A stretch of DNA of 64,000 nucleotides from Eledone cirrhosa (lineage: Eukaryota): the NCBI GenBank assembly GCA_964016885.1, contig OZ024743.1, forward strand, positions 93,682,001 to 93,746,000. The letters run 5' to 3'. Made by a program: the position numbers and the translations under genes. The notes below the pieces were generated by a model that made no database searches, had not been told where the DNA came from, and saw only the letters and a list, made by a program, of their open reading frames with translations. Positions 24,313 to 37,345 of this stretch are shown here, in pieces; position 1 is the stretch's first letter; each line of letters opens with the position of its first letter.

Positions 24313-25538
24313 TTAGCCGAAATGTCGACCAGATGCATAATTTGTACTTACCCGATAAACTTGTACGTATCGCGTGGGCCATCGGACTGTTCTTCCAGAT
24401 TTGGTGTGTCGGGGTTGTGCAGAATTTGCCGTGTTTGTGTCGGGCAAAGTTGTTGGTGAGTCTGCTGGAGAAACGGTGGGTACTGGTGGCAATTCCTGTT
24501 CTATGAACGCTTTTTTTAAACGATCAATGGAGACGGTATTTCGTTTCCCGTTCAAGTCGAGGACGAAATACTTAGGGCATTTCTGTATCACCTTATAGGG
24601 CCCAGAATACGGCGGACGAAGTTGCGATGGAATACCGTCATTTCTAACGAAAACATGCGTCCATGTATCGATGTCTTTTGGTATGTGTGAAGTAACGTGC
24701 TGTTGTTTCGGGGCTGAAGGAGACAGATGCGACATCGATGACCGTAAACGGTGCACATATTTTGTTGGGTCTGGAAATTCTTGTGGCGAAACAGGAGCGA
24801 TCATTTGTCCGGGTAGAGTGAGTACGGTGCCATACACCATTTCAGCCGGAGAATGTCCGACTCCCTCCTTAACAGTGGAACGAATACCAAGAAGAATGAG
24901 TGGGAGGTATTCGAACCAGTTAGTGGAGTCTTCGTAAGCCTTGATAGATGATTTTAGCTGGCTGTGTAAGCGTTCTACCATGCCGTTAGCAGCAGAGTGA
25001 TACGCTGTTGTACGGATGTGTTTGCACCCGAGGAGACGAGTCAGCTCAGTAAATAGGTTCGAATCGAACTGACGTCCTCTATCCGTAGTGATGGTTGCGG
25101 GTGTGCCGAAACGCGAAACCCAGTGAAACACTAGCGTTTTGGCGCCAGTTTCCGCAGTAATATCCGTCAGGGGAAAAGCTTCTGGCCAGCGAGAAAATCG
25201 GTCGACACAGGTGAGAAGATGAGTGTAGTTGTGAGAAGGAGGCAAAGGTCCAACGATGTCTATATGCACATGTTGGAACCGTGCATCAGGTGTTGCGAAA
25301 GAACCGATCGGGGCTTTGATGTGCCGGTGAATTTTCGCCTTCTGGCACGCGATACAGTTCCTAGCCCATTCGCGGGTGTCCTTGTTGATGTTGGGCCACA
25401 CAAAGCGGGCAACCATCAGTTTCTGCGTGGCGCGGACGCCAGGATGTGCCAGAGAATGCAGTGCCGAGAAAACGTCGCGTCGATGTTTCCGGGGCACGTA
25501 TGGGCGCTCGTGGCCTGTGGGGATGTCGCACCAAATAT
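24313..25538 (-). CDS. Integrase region of the outer Gypsy pol (partial)
   Basis: HHCC (H..AHPG..CIACQ), HIDIVGP, TTDRG, NGMVER and YSGPY motifs. Confidence 0.9.
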
Positions 25539-26163
25539 TATAACGGGTTTTAGGGTCAATTCTTGGTATACATAATAGAAATCAGAAGGCATTTAGAACA
25601 TTGACTAAATCCATTATCGATGTTGTAACTCTATTTATTAGTCGTACATGTTGAACGGATACATTAGGTACAGGTCGTATCTACATGTGTAGGATGTAGT
25701 TTGGTCCGCTTCATTGCAAGATGGAGATGTTGTTAGCAGCGATGAGTGTAGCCTGGTCTTGTCGATAAGAGAGGTGCGTGTAGACTAATGTCTCTCTTGG
25801 TCACCTCCGCTCGCTCTGGTGACGTAGTTCTGGACAGTCGACTTAGTGCACCGAAGGTTTCGATTGGCTCACACTTCAGCCAACTTACCTCCGTAATACC
25901 ATTCCGCCGCAGAAGGAAAATACATTTTATTCACTGCTACATCACCCCCTGCTTAGGCTTACAGCCGACAGAGAAATAAGGGTAGCAGTTGAATGAAAGA
26001 AAAAGTACTATATAATAGTAAACACAATAAAATATATCACTGATAAAGAAATGTTCATATTACAGGAAAGTCAGAAATAGTGTAATGTTCACCTTAGTTC
26101 ATACATTTAATACAAATACAAGGGCGGAGCAAACTCCAAGAAGATTGCTGTAAATAACATAGT

Positions 26164-29100
26164 TCATATATAAAGAGTCTTGCAAAGCTTCTTGGGCCAA
26201 TGTACCCGCCGACCGCTACGTGTGGTGGTGACATATGTAGGTGTGTGCGATGTTATATGTGTATTGTGGCTTGGCTGATGCCAGGTGTATGTGGGGGGAA
26301 AATGGGGCTCTTGTGTGAGAGTGTCTGTATAGGCCCGTTTTACCCTGTCAATGGACACAGTCTCTTTTTTACCCCCAATGTCTAGGGTGAATAGCTTATC
26401 TGTGCGCTCAAGCACGCGATAGGGACCGGTATAAGGTGGCATGAGAGGAGCTCTCACGGCGTCCTTTCGTAAAAAGACGTGGGTCCATGAAGCAATGTCT
26501 TTCGGGACCGAAGATTTGATTGTCTGTTGGCGAGGGTGCATAGGCGGAAGATTGCTGAAATATGATTGCAGTCTGCTCACATACAGAGCTGGGTCTGTTG
26601 CTGGTAGGTCCAATGGAGCTAACATCTGACCAGGCAGAGATATAGGCACTCCGTAAACCAACTCGGCGGGGGAGTAGCCTAGATCTTCCTTGATGGCTGC
26701 ACGACAGCCCAGGAGGACAATTGGTACATATTCGCTCCACCGCTGCTGATCCGGATAAGCGCGCAGTGCGGCTTTCAATTGGCGGTGGAAGCGTTCAATC
26801 ATTCCGTTCGAAGCTGGATGGTAGCTGGTCGTTCGAATGCGTTGCATTCCCAGGATCCTTGAAAGCTCTCGGAAAAGGTGTGACTCAAATTGTCCACCGC
26901 GGTCAGTGGTGATAGTGGCTGGAACTCCGTAACGCGATATCCAACCCGATACTAGAGCTCGCGCCACAGATTCCGCCGAAATGTCACTTAAAGGAATGGC
27001 TTCAGGCCAACGTGTGAAGCGATCTATGCAGGTCAGGAGGTATGTAAATCCTCGGCTGACCGGCCATGGTCCGACAAGATCTATATGGACATGGCTGAAC
27101 CTAGCGTCTGGAGTGCTGAAAGTTCCAAGGGGTGCGCGGATGTGTTTGTGCACCTTTGACTTTTGGCAGGATAGGCAGGAACGTGTCCAGGCAGTGATGT
27201 CACGCCTCATATTAGGCCAGAAGAATCTAGCCGAAATGAGCTTCACTGTGGTCGATATTCCAGGGTGTGCCAGACCGTGCAAGGTGTCGAAAACTGCTCG
27301 ACGATGAGTCACTGGCACTAGAGGGCGAGGTGCATCTGTCGAGGTGTCGCAGATAATCTGTGTGTCCGAAGTGGGCACAGGCAGATATGCAAATTTGCCA
27401 GTTGCAAATTCAGAAGACGAGAGGTCCAAAGTATCCAGAGGTGGTTGTTCTGTGGCCATTCGTTGGAGGTCGATTTCCGCTGGCGATGACAGGGAATTAA
27501 TTGGGAGGCGAGACAGTGCATCTGCCGCCGCATTCTGTTCACCAGAGATGTGTCGGATATCGCTGGTAAATTGCGAAACGAAATCCAAGTGGCGAGTTTC
27601 GCGAGGTGAATATTTGTCCGGCTTAGAACGCAGTGCGAACGTAAGCGGACGGTGGTCAGTGTATATAACAAATTGGCGACCCTCCAGTGAATGCCGAAAG
27701 TGTTTCACTGCAAGGTACATAGCCAAGAGTTCACGGCCGAATGTGCTATACCGTATTTCTGCAGGCTTCAGCTGTTTAGAAAAGTAGGCAAGAGGTTGTA
27801 ACTGTTGTTGGTGATGTTGTTGCAGTACTGCACCTACAGCTGTGCCTGATGCATCAACAACCAGTGAAAACTGGGCACCAGACACAGGATGTGCAAGCAG
27901 TGATGTCTCCGCAAGCTTCCGCTTCACTTCGTCGAAGGCTTTTAGCTGATTCGTGTCCAATGAAATGGAATCGTTCTTCTTTTTCCTGTTACGTAACAGG
28001 TCGGACAGAGGAGACAGGAGATCCGCACAGTGTGGGATAAAGCGCCTGTAATAGTTCAGTAGCCCAAGGAAATGTCGTAGTTGACGAAGTGAAGTGGGTG
28101 GTTGGAGGTCTTGTACCGCTTTCACTTTATCAGGTAGTGGCGAAATTCCTTCTGGGCTGATGACATGGCCCAAGAAGACAAGTGAGGAAGCACCGAAAAC
28201 ACATTTTGCCGGATTAATTCTCACTTGGTATTTTTGAAATCTCTCGAACAGGAGACGGAGGTGATTGACATGTTCCTCAGGTGAGGCACTTGCCACAAGA
28301 ATGTCGTCGATGTAGTTGTACACGAAGTCTAAATCGCGCACAACCTCATCCATAAATCGTTGGAACGTGCTGGCTGCGTTTCGCAAACCGAAAGGCATGG
28401 TCAAAAATTCAAACGCTCCAAATGGAGTTGTTACTGCAGTTTTAGGTATGTCTGCCGGGTTCACCGGGATTTGGTGGTATGCTTTGACCAAATCCAATTT
28501 GGAGAATATGTTGCATCCATGCAGCGAAGATGCAAAATCCTGTATGTGTGGTATCAGGTAGCGGTCGGGTACCGTCATTGCATTTAACCGGCGAAAGTCC
28601 CCAGTGGGACGCCAATCACCGGAACGCTTTGGTACCAAATGCAAGGGTGCGGCCCACGGGCTTGAGGATGGGCGAATGATCCCGAGCTGCAGCATGTGAT
28701 TGAATTCAGCCCTTGCGGCCTTCAGTTTCTCAGCAGAGAGACGGCGAGGGCGCGAAAACACAGGAGCTCCGGATGTTTCAATGTGGTGCTTGGTGGAGTG
28801 AGTAGGCTCACTCATCACAAAATTCAAATTTGTTAATTCCGGGAAGGAATGCAAAAGTGATTGGTAAGGATCTTCTGTAGCAGCGATAAAGAAGACCGGG
28901 CTGACCGACGAGACAGTCGATCTGGTACCCGGCACAGACAGTTCTGTGTTGGCATCCAACAACCGGCGTCTGCGCATATCCACTATCAAGTTATAGTGGT
29001 GCAGGAAATCTGAGCCTAGGATGGGGTAAGGCAGATCAGCAACAGTGAAGATCCACGTGAAATCTCTACGCAATTCCAGGTTCAAAGAACGAGAAATCTG

Positions 29101-29319
29101 ACCGTACGTGGGGATCGGTGACTGGTTTACTGCTTGCAGAGAGACGGTTGAGAGTTGGGGCTTCTCTTTGAGAAGTTTTAGCGGCCAAATGCTACAAGCC
29201 GCGCCGGTGTCGATCAGACAACGTGCTTGCGACTCAGTGTCTGTGATGAAAAACACACGGTTATTAGGGAGGGTCAGAGGAGACTGTGCCGTGCTCAGGT
29301 CTCCTGAAATCTGTTTCCC
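26164..29319 (-). CDS. Gypsy pol (protease, RT, RNase H, integrase), probably reached by -1 frameshift from gag
   Basis: LIDTGA protease, MPFGL and YIDD RT, VDAS..RELLA..TDH RNase H, HHCC and DDE integrase, YTGPY. No stops in 1057 aa. Confidence 0.96.
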   Translation of the reverse strand, partial: GKQISGDLSTAQSPLTLPNNRVFFITDTESQARCLIDTGAACSIWPLKLLKEKPQLSTVSLQAVNQSPIPTYGQISRSLNLELRRDFTWIFTVADLPYPILGSDFLHHYNLIVDMRRRRLLDANTELSVPGTRSTVSSVSPVFFIAATEDPYQSLLHSFPELTNLNFVMSEPTHSTKHHIETSGAPVFSRPRRLSAEKLKAARAEFNHMLQLGIIRPSSSPWAAPLHLVPKRSGDWRPTGDFRRLNAMTVPDRYLIPHIQDFASSLHGCNIFSKLDLVKAYHQIPVNPADIPKTAVTTPFGAFEFLTMPFGLRNAASTFQRFMDEVVRDLDFVYNYIDDILVASASPEEHVNHLRLLFERFQKYQVRINPAKCVFGASSLVFLGHVISPEGISPLPDKVKAVQDLQPPTSLRQLRHFLGLLNYYRRFIPHCADLLSPLSDLLRNRKKKNDSISLDTNQLKAFDEVKRKLAETSLLAHPVSGAQFSLVVDASGTAVGAVLQQHHQQQLQPLAYFSKQLKPAEIRYSTFGRELLAMYLAVKHFRHSLEGRQFVIYTDHRPLTFALRSKPDKYSPRETRHLDFVSQFTSDIRHISGEQNAAADALSRLPINSLSSPAEIDLQRMATEQPPLDTLDLSSSEFATGKFAYLPVPTSDTQIICDTSTDAPRPLVPVTHRRAVFDTLHGLAHPGISTTVKLISARFFWPNMRRDITAWTRSCLSCQKSKVHKHIRAPLGTFSTPDARFSHVHIDLVGPWPVSRGFTYLLTCIDRFTRWPEAIPLSDISAESVARALVSGWISRYGVPATITTDRGGQFESHLFRELSRILGMQRIRTTSYHPASNGMIERFHRQLKAALRAYPDQQRWSEYVPIVLLGCRAAIKEDLGYSPAELVYGVPISLPGQMLAPLDLPATDPALYVSRLQSYFSNLPPMHPRQQTIKSSVPKDIASWTHVFLRKDAVRAPLMPPYTGPYRVLERTDKLFTLDIGGKKETVSIDRVKRAYTDTLTQEPHFPPTYTWHQPSHNTHITSHTPTYVTTTRSGRRVHWPKKLCKTLYI

Positions 29320-30284
29320 TGGTCTGAAAATGTACAAGGCTGTTTACAGGAGCGTGCTGCTGCGCCAAAACGGCTGTGGTAGTAACACAAACCTGAACTG
29401 CTTGTGTGACGGCGTCGTGGCGAGGGTGAACGGCTCTGGAAACGGCGTCTGGGCGAATGAGCCCTGTGAGTGCTTAGTTTTCTCACTTTTTTGGTTAGCT
29501 GCTCTATTGCTTGCAGCATTGCTGCATTTGCAAGTGACTGGTCGGTATAACTGGCAGCCGCTGGAGTGAAGGAAGCGACCGCAGTCGGCGGCTGGGATAC
29601 ATTGAAGGAGACAGGAGCGAACGGATTGACCGCAGCCGGTGGCTGAGGTGCCTGGAAGGAGGCAGGAGAGAACGGATTGACCGCAGCCGGTGGCTGAGGT
29701 GCCTGGAAGGAGGCAGGAGAGAACGGATTGACCGCAGCCGGTGGCTGAGGTGCCTGGAAGGGGGCAAATGAGGCTGGGTGTCCGATGACACTCATAACCC
29801 TGTCGGCCGAAGCCGCTAGCTGGTCGACAGGAGCAGCCTCCATCATGGGCGCTAAGATCGCCTGAACTCCGGGGGGTAGCCTTGAGACAAAAAGCTGTCT
29901 AAGGAGGGCACTGTCAGCTGGGGCATCTTCCGCCAGCTCTCTCATCCGACGCAGTAGTTGTGTGGGCGTCCGATCACCCAAATGTTCGTCATTGACGAGC
30001 GTCTGAAATTTTTTTTCTGCGGACAATGTGGTCCGCCGCAACACTTCGAGCTTCACGCTCTCATAGGTGGCCCCAGGGCGAGGATCTGTAATTAAGTCTT
30101 TGACGACCGACGTCAATGACGCTGGAAAAGCGCTTAACAGGAGATTTAACTGTCTGTGGTCACTGGTGATGTTATTCGCTGTGAAATGTGCTTCTATCTG
30201 GGCGAACCAGACAGTGACGTCACCGGTAAACGGTGGCAATGAAGTGCTACCCATTGTGTATACTGATGTAAAAGCAAAGGGCAA
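29295..30284 (-). CDS. Gypsy gag
   Basis: [14 protein letters not shown]-terminus, [13 protein letters not shown], and a [15 protein letters not shown] knuckle. The real start is probably the internal ATG (MGSTS). Confidence 0.92.
   Translation of the reverse strand: MPFAFTSVYTMGSTSLPPFTGDVTVWFAQIEAHFTANNITSDHRQLNLLLSAFPASLTSVVKDLITDPRPGATYESVKLEVLRRTTLSAEKKFQTLVNDEHLGDRTPTQLLRRMRELAEDAPADSALLRQLFVSRLPPGVQAILAPMMEAAPVDQLAASADRVMSVIGHPASFAPFQAPQPPAAVNPFSPASFQAPQPPAAVNPFSPASFQAPQPPAAVNPFAPVSFNVSQPPTAVASFTPAAASYTDQSLANAAMLQAIEQLTKKVRKLSTHRAHSPRRRFQSRSPSPRRRHTSSSGLCYYHSRFGAAARSCKQPCTFSDQGNRFQET
29313..29319 (-). promoter_or_regulatory. -1 ribosomal frameshift slippery site G GGA AAC
   Basis: In gag phase X XXY YYZ. 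A -1 shift enters pol (GKQIS). Hairpin AGGAGA...TCTCCT starts 7 nt downstream. Confidence 0.8.
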
Positions 30285-30922
30285 AGAAAGGACAACTCTG
30301 CACTTGTCACCGAGACAAAAGTGAAAATTCAGGCCAAGAAAAAATATAATCCGAGTGAAGGACAGAAAAAGAAAAATATATCAAAAACAATGTTGGAGGG
30401 AAAAACGTCAAGCTTTAAAAAAAAATTATGATTTATCTTTGTCCTATTATTTATTTTTTTTTTTTGTGTACTTTTCAAAATGGCGTTGCCTCCGTCATTT
30501 TGGCGGGAAAACAGCTGAAGAAGACGGAAGTCGGCCATCTTGCTCTGACCGGCCATCGGCGCCAACAGTTTGTTTTTTTTTGTTTTTTTTTAGTTTTTTT
30601 ATAGCGTCGCCCAATCAGAAATTTAGAGTATTTAGATTTTTGTATTAACGCATGTGTTCGGTGATGTTAGAAAGTGAAGGTGTGATGTGCAGATTTAGTA
30701 ACAATAAGACAATATATCAAATACATATTAGGACTCACGCTAATCGCGTACATACCCCGAGAAAAGGCGAGTGGCTTTGTTTTGTTTTTTTTTTGTTTTT
30801 TTTTGGGGGGGGGGGGGATGCGAAATGTTGATGTGTTCGTTGCAACGGAAAGATGTGGTTTCTTCTGTGTTGATGTCCTTAAACGTTCGGGTCACCATTT
30901 ATAATGTGATTTGTTGTATCGT

Positions 30923-30940
30923 ATCACGTCGGGGTCACCA
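30923..30940 (-). promoter_or_regulatory. Primer binding site complementary to the tRNA-Trp 3' end
   Basis: TGGTGACCCCGACGTGAT lies 2 nt inside the 5' LTR. Confidence 0.9.
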
Positions 30941-32673
30941 TTTATAACGGGTTTTAGGGTCAATTCTTGGTATACATAATAGAAATCAGAAGGCATTTAG
31001 AACATTGACTAAATCCATTATCGATGTTGTAACTCTATTTATTAGTCGTACATGTTGAACGGATACATTAGGTACAGGTCGTATCTACATGTGTAGGATG
31101 TAGTTTGGTCCGCTTCATTGCAAGATGGAGATGTTGTTAGCAGCGATGAGTGTAGCCTGGTCTTGTCGATAAGAGAGGTGCGTGTAGACTAATGTCTCTC
31201 TTGGTCACCTCCGCTCGCTCTGGTGACGTAGTTCTGGACAGTCGACTTAGTGCACCGAAGGTTTCGATTGGCTCACACTTCAGCCAACTTACCTCCGTAA
31301 TACCATTCCGCCGCAGAAGGAAAATACATTTTATTCACTGCTACAATATAACCCGAAGAAGAGGGCAGCGGGCATTCCTTCAATTTCAAGGATGATTTCC
31401 GGAGTTGCAGCAGTTCCTCGTCATTCTGTTGATCCGCTGCAATCCTCTCGATAGTGGCAGTGGTGTAGATTGCGTTAAGCTCCATGCGCGATAGGGCATC
31501 AGCTGCTGAGTTGGTGGCACCCTTAATGTACCGAATATCAGTAGTGTACTGAGAAATGAAGTCCAGATGTCGGACCTCCCTGGGTGAGTGTCGGTCAGGC
31601 TTGGCATTGAACGCGTACACTAGTGGTTTGTGGTCGGTGTATATAGAGAACACACGACCTTCTAGCATGTGTCGAAAATGCTTGACAGCAAGGTATGCTG
31701 CCAATAATTCACGACTGAATGCGCTTAACTAATGTTCTTTTAAATGTGTCATATGACACAGAGCCGGGTGGTGCTAAAATGAGGTCTCGAACCTCATTCA
31801 TAATCTCCGGAGACATCGAACCGATGAGATGTGTGAGACGGGATGCCTCGCTAACGATCCGGTTCGATGCGAACTGCGCTTCGATGTGCGCGAACCACAG
31901 TGTTGGATCGTGCACCCAGAATGGTGGAATCCTTAATGTCGCCCTGACTGCCATTTCTGCCGTAGATGAATCGTCGTGTGCTAGAGACATCGTTTGTTGT
32001 GGATGATCAGAAGGTTGTGTGTCTGTTTTACGGGGTCACCAGTTGTAACGGAATATTATGTGTGGTTGTAACGACAAGTGGATGGTTGTAACGACAAGTG
32101 GATGGATGTAACTGTTGGTATGGCGGTTTCGGTGTAAAGAAAAATACCAGGAGTGTTATTACAAAGTTTATTTTATTACAACAATATTCAATTTGAATAT
32201 TGAATGATAAAATAATTGACACAAAATATTCATACAATAATTTGGTGGCTCTTCGATCCACGTAAATTCAAGTATCACAGAATACGATTATATGTGTAAA
32301 CACGATCAGCCAGGAAGGTGAGAATAAGTGGCAGACTGGTTTTTCGTGACGAGAGCTTGTAAATGAGACTCGTCTTGTCTGTATATCACTTCTTTTCTCT
32401 GGTGGCGTGAACAACCCCTGTATTTATAAGAGTTGAAGTTAGAAGGATAGATATATCTTCTGAACTTTGGTTAGTCTCCCAAGGGATTAGTTTGCCAAGC
32501 GTAAACAAGTCAGAAAGATGGATATATCCTCTGACCTATTTTCTGTCAGGCGTAAACACCTCTGACCTGTGTTTAGCCTCTCCCAAGGGGTTAGTCTCCT
32601 GAGCGTAAACAAATTACCACGGCTTGTCCCAGAGGCGGGAAAGCTCAGATTCGGTTTCGAATCTTCGCCGCCG

Positions 32674-32745
<72 letters not shown>

Positions 32746-33723
32746 TCATCATCACCCTTTTACGTTCACTCTTCCACGCTACCATATATACATATAGGAT
32801 AAGAAGTTGACGGAACTAGCATGGGTGTCACTGCTAGTACCGGTTGCATCTCAGCATACTCAATAGGTAATGTTATGTAAAAATCCCAGAGTAGACACAT
32901 AGTTATTTGCTTCAATACAACACACATAAATGGGTACCTCAAATCTATACCCGTACTGGAGTTTCGGTGACACAATGCATAGAGTGCATAGCATCCACTG
33001 TCTGCATTTATTATGCAACAATGTACAATCGGCGCTTGTGTCTCCATCAGCAGGTTTTGTCTAATCAATAATCAATTGATTGACAGAATTCAATTCCAGT
33101 CCGTGCCGGCTATGGCAGTGAATGTGACAAGCGACCCAGTAATACACTACGTGTCATCACAATGCCGTCAACCAATTGGCTACTTGTTCAGAAATTTATG
33201 TGACAGTAGGAGTCAAAATTCAAATACATCTGCTCCAGCCATAAGCACTTGCCAACAAATCTCAAACACAAATTAACAAGTGAGTGAAAGAATCGCTTAT
33301 TAGAGAAAATCAGTCTCCAATCGCTGTGCAATTGAATAGTTCCATTCGGGTCCAGTCTCCAAGTACCATGGCGAAAAATAGTGTGACAGTAACAATGGTA
33401 GTGCCTAAAGCCTCTCTGAACATTAATTGCCAACAGGCAATTAGACAGTGATATAGAATTATATACGTTGGTTAGAATTAGAATTCTAGATATTTCAACC
33501 AACCATGTGCGCAAACTGATCAATTTCACAACTTGTACGATTCAATAGGTGAGTGAGAGAGAAAGATGGAACATATATTAGAGCGCATATTAAACAAAAC
33601 AATAAAAATGTGGAAAATTGTGCAACTTACTCTCATATATATATATATATATAGTCACTAATTTTTGGTAAAACACACTCTATCTGTAGTTTGTCCAGGT
33701 CCAGGAGTTTTATAGTTATAATA

Positions 33724-33912
33724 ATAATTGTTTCTACTTTAGGCACAAGGCCAGTAATTACCCAGTGCATTACTGGTACTTTATTTTATCGACCCCGTAA
33801 GGATGAAAGGCAAAGTCAACCTCGGCGGGATTTGAACTCAGATCGTAAAGGGACGTAACTATGCTGGAAAGCATGGCATCCGACCCTCTACCGATACTGC
33901 CAATCCACCGCC
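33724..33912 (-). mobile_element. Full-length SINE family A
   Basis: Reverse complement of 35093-35280 with about 2 mismatches. Confidence 0.9.
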
Positions 33913-33919
33913 CTATAGT

Positions 33920-34860
33920 TATAATAATAATGATAATAAATAATAATGAAATTATTGTGTAAAGTGATCAGGTGCACTACAACTCGTCAAAGGTGCATGT
34001 ATAGTACATAGAATAATATACAAATGTCAGGGAAGTGAATAGTGTATGAGTCATGATATACATGTGTGTAGAGGGGGAACATTAGGTGTAGTGTTGGCGA
34101 ATCTCGGGAAGCATGGAGGTTTTAAAGGATGCAGTGTCTCGACAGCTAACAACTGATGCAGGTAGTTTGTTTGGTGCAGTAACAGTTCCAGTCTGCTTTA
34201 TTCCAGTCAAAGTGAGCAGTTTGGAGATGGCGGATAGATTGGCAATGATCATAGCATGATCAGAGTCACCTAAAGGTTCCTCAGTAGTAACACTAATGAC
34301 CGTTTCAGGAGTAGTGGTGAAGAGTAGATCCAAAGTGTTGTCACCTCTTGTTGGGGAGGTGACTACTTGGGACCAATTCGAGTCCAGCACTAGCTCAAGG
34401 AAATCATTTGCACTTGGCAGCCAACGAAAGGTTTCCCAGTCAATCTCAGGGTGATTGAAGTCTCCTGCAATAAATACATAAGTGGCTGTTTTCCTGGCAG
34501 CAGCTCTGGGGATATCACAAAGTTGAGTGTCCTGGTGGTAATTTGGGGGACGGTAAACGACTCCAAGTAGCAGCGTTGACATGGTCATACATATATCGCA
34601 GAAAAAAACTTCCTGCTGTGATTGGTTCAAATCAACACACGGAATTGCCGACAGATTTGACCGAACGTAGACCATTACACCACCACCACGACGATTAATG
34701 CGGTCTTTACGAAACAGGTGGTAGCCAGTTATGCTGAAAACCCCATCACAGAGTAAGGGATGTGCCCAAGTTTCCGTGACTGTAATGAAGTCAGGGTTGA
34801 TACTTTTGACGTAGGAGTCAAAAAGATGAATCTTATTGCATGACTACGTGCATTCAAGGA
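33920..34860 (-). mobile_element. CR1/L2-group LINE with the RT deleted (endonuclease fused to the 3' end)
   Basis: TETW, GYHLFRKDR..GGGV, VYRPP, GDFN, PTRG..LDL and SDH motifs join NKLPASVV..ASFK, then a 3' UTR and (ATT)n tail. Confidence 0.85.
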
Positions 34861-35092
34861 CAACAATTTGTACCTTGATTCCAGTCTATGATTATGTGCA
34901 GGAGATGGCAGGTTGTTCTGATTTAGTTTCCCAGAGTTTTTTCAGTTTTTTTATTGTCAGTTGTTGTGGGTACGGTGTTTTCAGACCAGCTGGTATCTCT
35001 TTTCCATGTTTCACCAGCCTTAACACACTTCTATATCTGCCCATCATCACGTATTGAAATGGTTAGTACACTTTAATTCATTTTATCCGGTT

Positions 35093-35280
35093 GGCGGTGG
35101 ATTGGCAGTATCGGTAGAGGGTCGGACGCCATGCTTTCCAGCATAGTTACGTCCCTTTACGATCTGAGTTCAAATCCCGCCGAGGTTGACTTTGCCTTTC
35201 ATCCTTACAGGGTCGATAAAATAAAGTACCAGTAATGCACTGGGTAATTACTGGCCTTGTGCCTAAAGTAGAAACAATTA
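35093..35280 (+). mobile_element. Full-length SINE family A
   Basis: GGCGGTGGATTGGCAGTATCGG...GTAGAAACAATTA. Confidence 0.9.
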
Positions 35281-35906
35281 TGTATTTTCCATTTTTTCAT
35301 AGATTATATGCATTGCACCAAAGTGGTTTTCAACCCATGTAATTCAAAACACACTTCTTTGTGTGTTTATTTCTATATATTATATATATATATTTTTTTT
35401 TTAATTCCCGCAAAACATTATTTATGATGAATGCTGCATACAGCATAATTGCGGGTGTGTACCTGACCGATGTAGACTAAGGCGCCTAGGGGCAATGAAG
35501 ACGTCGAAGTGATGCCAGCCGTTCAAGATAACAGCCCCTTTCCCACCACAGTAGTAATTCTGATACATGAAGAAACTTTGATTGACAGGTGGAGAACGAG
35601 AGAAAGCAAGAAGTGGGCAACTATGAGTGGCTAGAAATACTGGTCCCGTGTACAATTCTTGACCACACATAGAATGACAACAACAGGATCTAAATCAATA
35701 AACGAAGAAATTCGATGTTAAAGGACTATAGGAAAATCTGCTTCGTAGAATCGAGACGTATCTGACGACCGTGTTAATTTCAGAGTCAGATGTGATCACC
35801 ATATGGATCGTGCCTCGAGCTGGTTGCCCGAGAAACATTTGTAATATGTCCAATAAATTCCTTTCGTCGCAACACTGATTCTTTTTTTTCTGTGATATAT
35901 ATATAT

Positions 35907-36040
35907 ATATTTATTAAAATAACTGATTAAAGTTTAAGCATAGAATCGCTGCTTTCACCCTTAACGGAAGATCCCGTTAAGGGTGAAAGCAGCAATTCTT
36001 TGCTTAAACTTTAATTTAAGACTGTTATTTTAATAAATAT
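35907..36040. repeat. Fold-back inverted repeat (~60-bp arms, one indel)
   Basis: ...GCTGCTTTCACCCTTAACGG aagatc CCGTTAAGGGTGAAAGCAGC..., with arms extending to ATATTTATTAAAATAAC / GTTATTTTAATAAATAT. Confidence 0.9.
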
Positions 36041-36126
36041 TTGCTCTACGGTTCTTATATATTTGATATATATTTATCCTTATCGAGCCCTCTTTGGATT
36101 TTAGTCTTCACATTTATTATTATTAC

Positions 36127-36219
<93 letters not shown>

Positions 36220-36968
36220 ACAAACCCCCTCGCGATCCAGGTGGGTAGATCTCAGCTTTATATCCTTCCCAATTACAAAATATGATAGAAGAAACCCCAA
36301 GCAGCCTTAGGTAGAAATAGAATTTTTTCTTTGTTATTTACACTTTCTCAATATCCTTAGGTGGATCTTTGCATACTTACACTATTGTAAACAGTTCTTA
36401 ATCTTCCTTAGGTAAACCCGGATTATATTCACTCTTGCTAAAATATACATATAGCCCTATGGAACTGGCCAAACGGATAGCTATGATACCTTACTAGACC
36501 TATTAACCATAGTTTAAGCATGATACACAAATTTACTCGTAGGCACTACTGGACAGCTGCTATGGAGTGCACTGTATACAGAGTCAATGTGTATTGGCAT
36601 ATGAACTTATAGTATATTAGCGCTTAAGCACCACCACTACCTATAGCGTCTGACCTGTTAAAGAAACCTATTAGCCAAACTTCAATGTTTTTTTCCTTTT
36701 GGTAATGTTTGCCGATAGCTCTGAAATTCATGTTAAATTGACACTTTCAGGCCTTTTGAGGAATATAAAGAATCGTGGCTAATTTATAACAGTACTAGAG
36801 AAGAGATGATGAGTACTGTCTTTAAGACTACGGGTGGATTTTTTTAGGGTTTTTGATTATAAAGGAAAAACAAATAAATGAGTGTACGAGGTGCCCTTCC
36901 CGGGCCTCAGATTAAATGATAACTAAATTTTTTTGTGAGGAGCTGAATTAGTAATAAAATATAAATGT

Positions 36969-37345
36969 GTAGTGACCTACATTCCGCGGGCTCACATACA
37001 TTCTCTGTGCGTGATTTGGCTCAGTTCAGCCAATCAGCGCCAGTAGAAGAGGATGTATCCCTACGCGCCCTGAGGAAGAAATTCCCCGCGAAGATTTGAA
37101 GAATCTCTCTCTTGTACCGGAAACTTCAAGCCAGCAACACGCATAATGTAACGGTGAGATTTGCACCCTAGCCTCGCCGGCTTAACGGCACATTCCCTTT
37201 TGTAACCTCTTTGTATCTGTAACTTCAACCATATAAATAAACAAACATTTCATCTCTAATTACTGCTGTTGAAATCGTTGTTATGTTACTCGTGTCTCAA
37301 TGAAATCTATAATCCATGCTGCTGGAATTGGCGACCTGACGAAAG
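36969..37345 (+). mobile_element. Possible solo/degenerate LTR with a PBS-like TGGCGACC
   Basis: TGTAGT start, CCAAT, AATAAA, then TGGCGACC at 37329. No partner LTR or terminal CA found. Confidence 0.3.

Larger units (their letters stand above)
25539..31345 (-). mobile_element. Intact Gypsy LTR retrotransposon, very recent
   Basis: 403-bp LTRs 25539-25941 and 30943-31345 identical by eye, 4-bp TSD ATAT, 18-nt tRNA-Trp PBS, PPT-like AAGCAGGGGGTGA, open gag and pol. Confidence 0.97.
23283..32677 (-). mobile_element. Outer Gypsy LTR retrotransposon, non-autonomous (deleted) and interrupted
   Basis: LTRs ~23283-23948 and 32044-32677, PBS TGGTGACCCCG at 32031-32041, PPT-like GGAAGGGGG at ~23952-23962. 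Gag N-terminus 31709-31990, RNase H 31350-31720, integrase 24313-25538. Confidence 0.92.

Noticed and set aside
32766-33540. Short ORFs as host exons
   Set aside because: No recognisable domain or convincing splice sites. Probably decayed LINE sequence.
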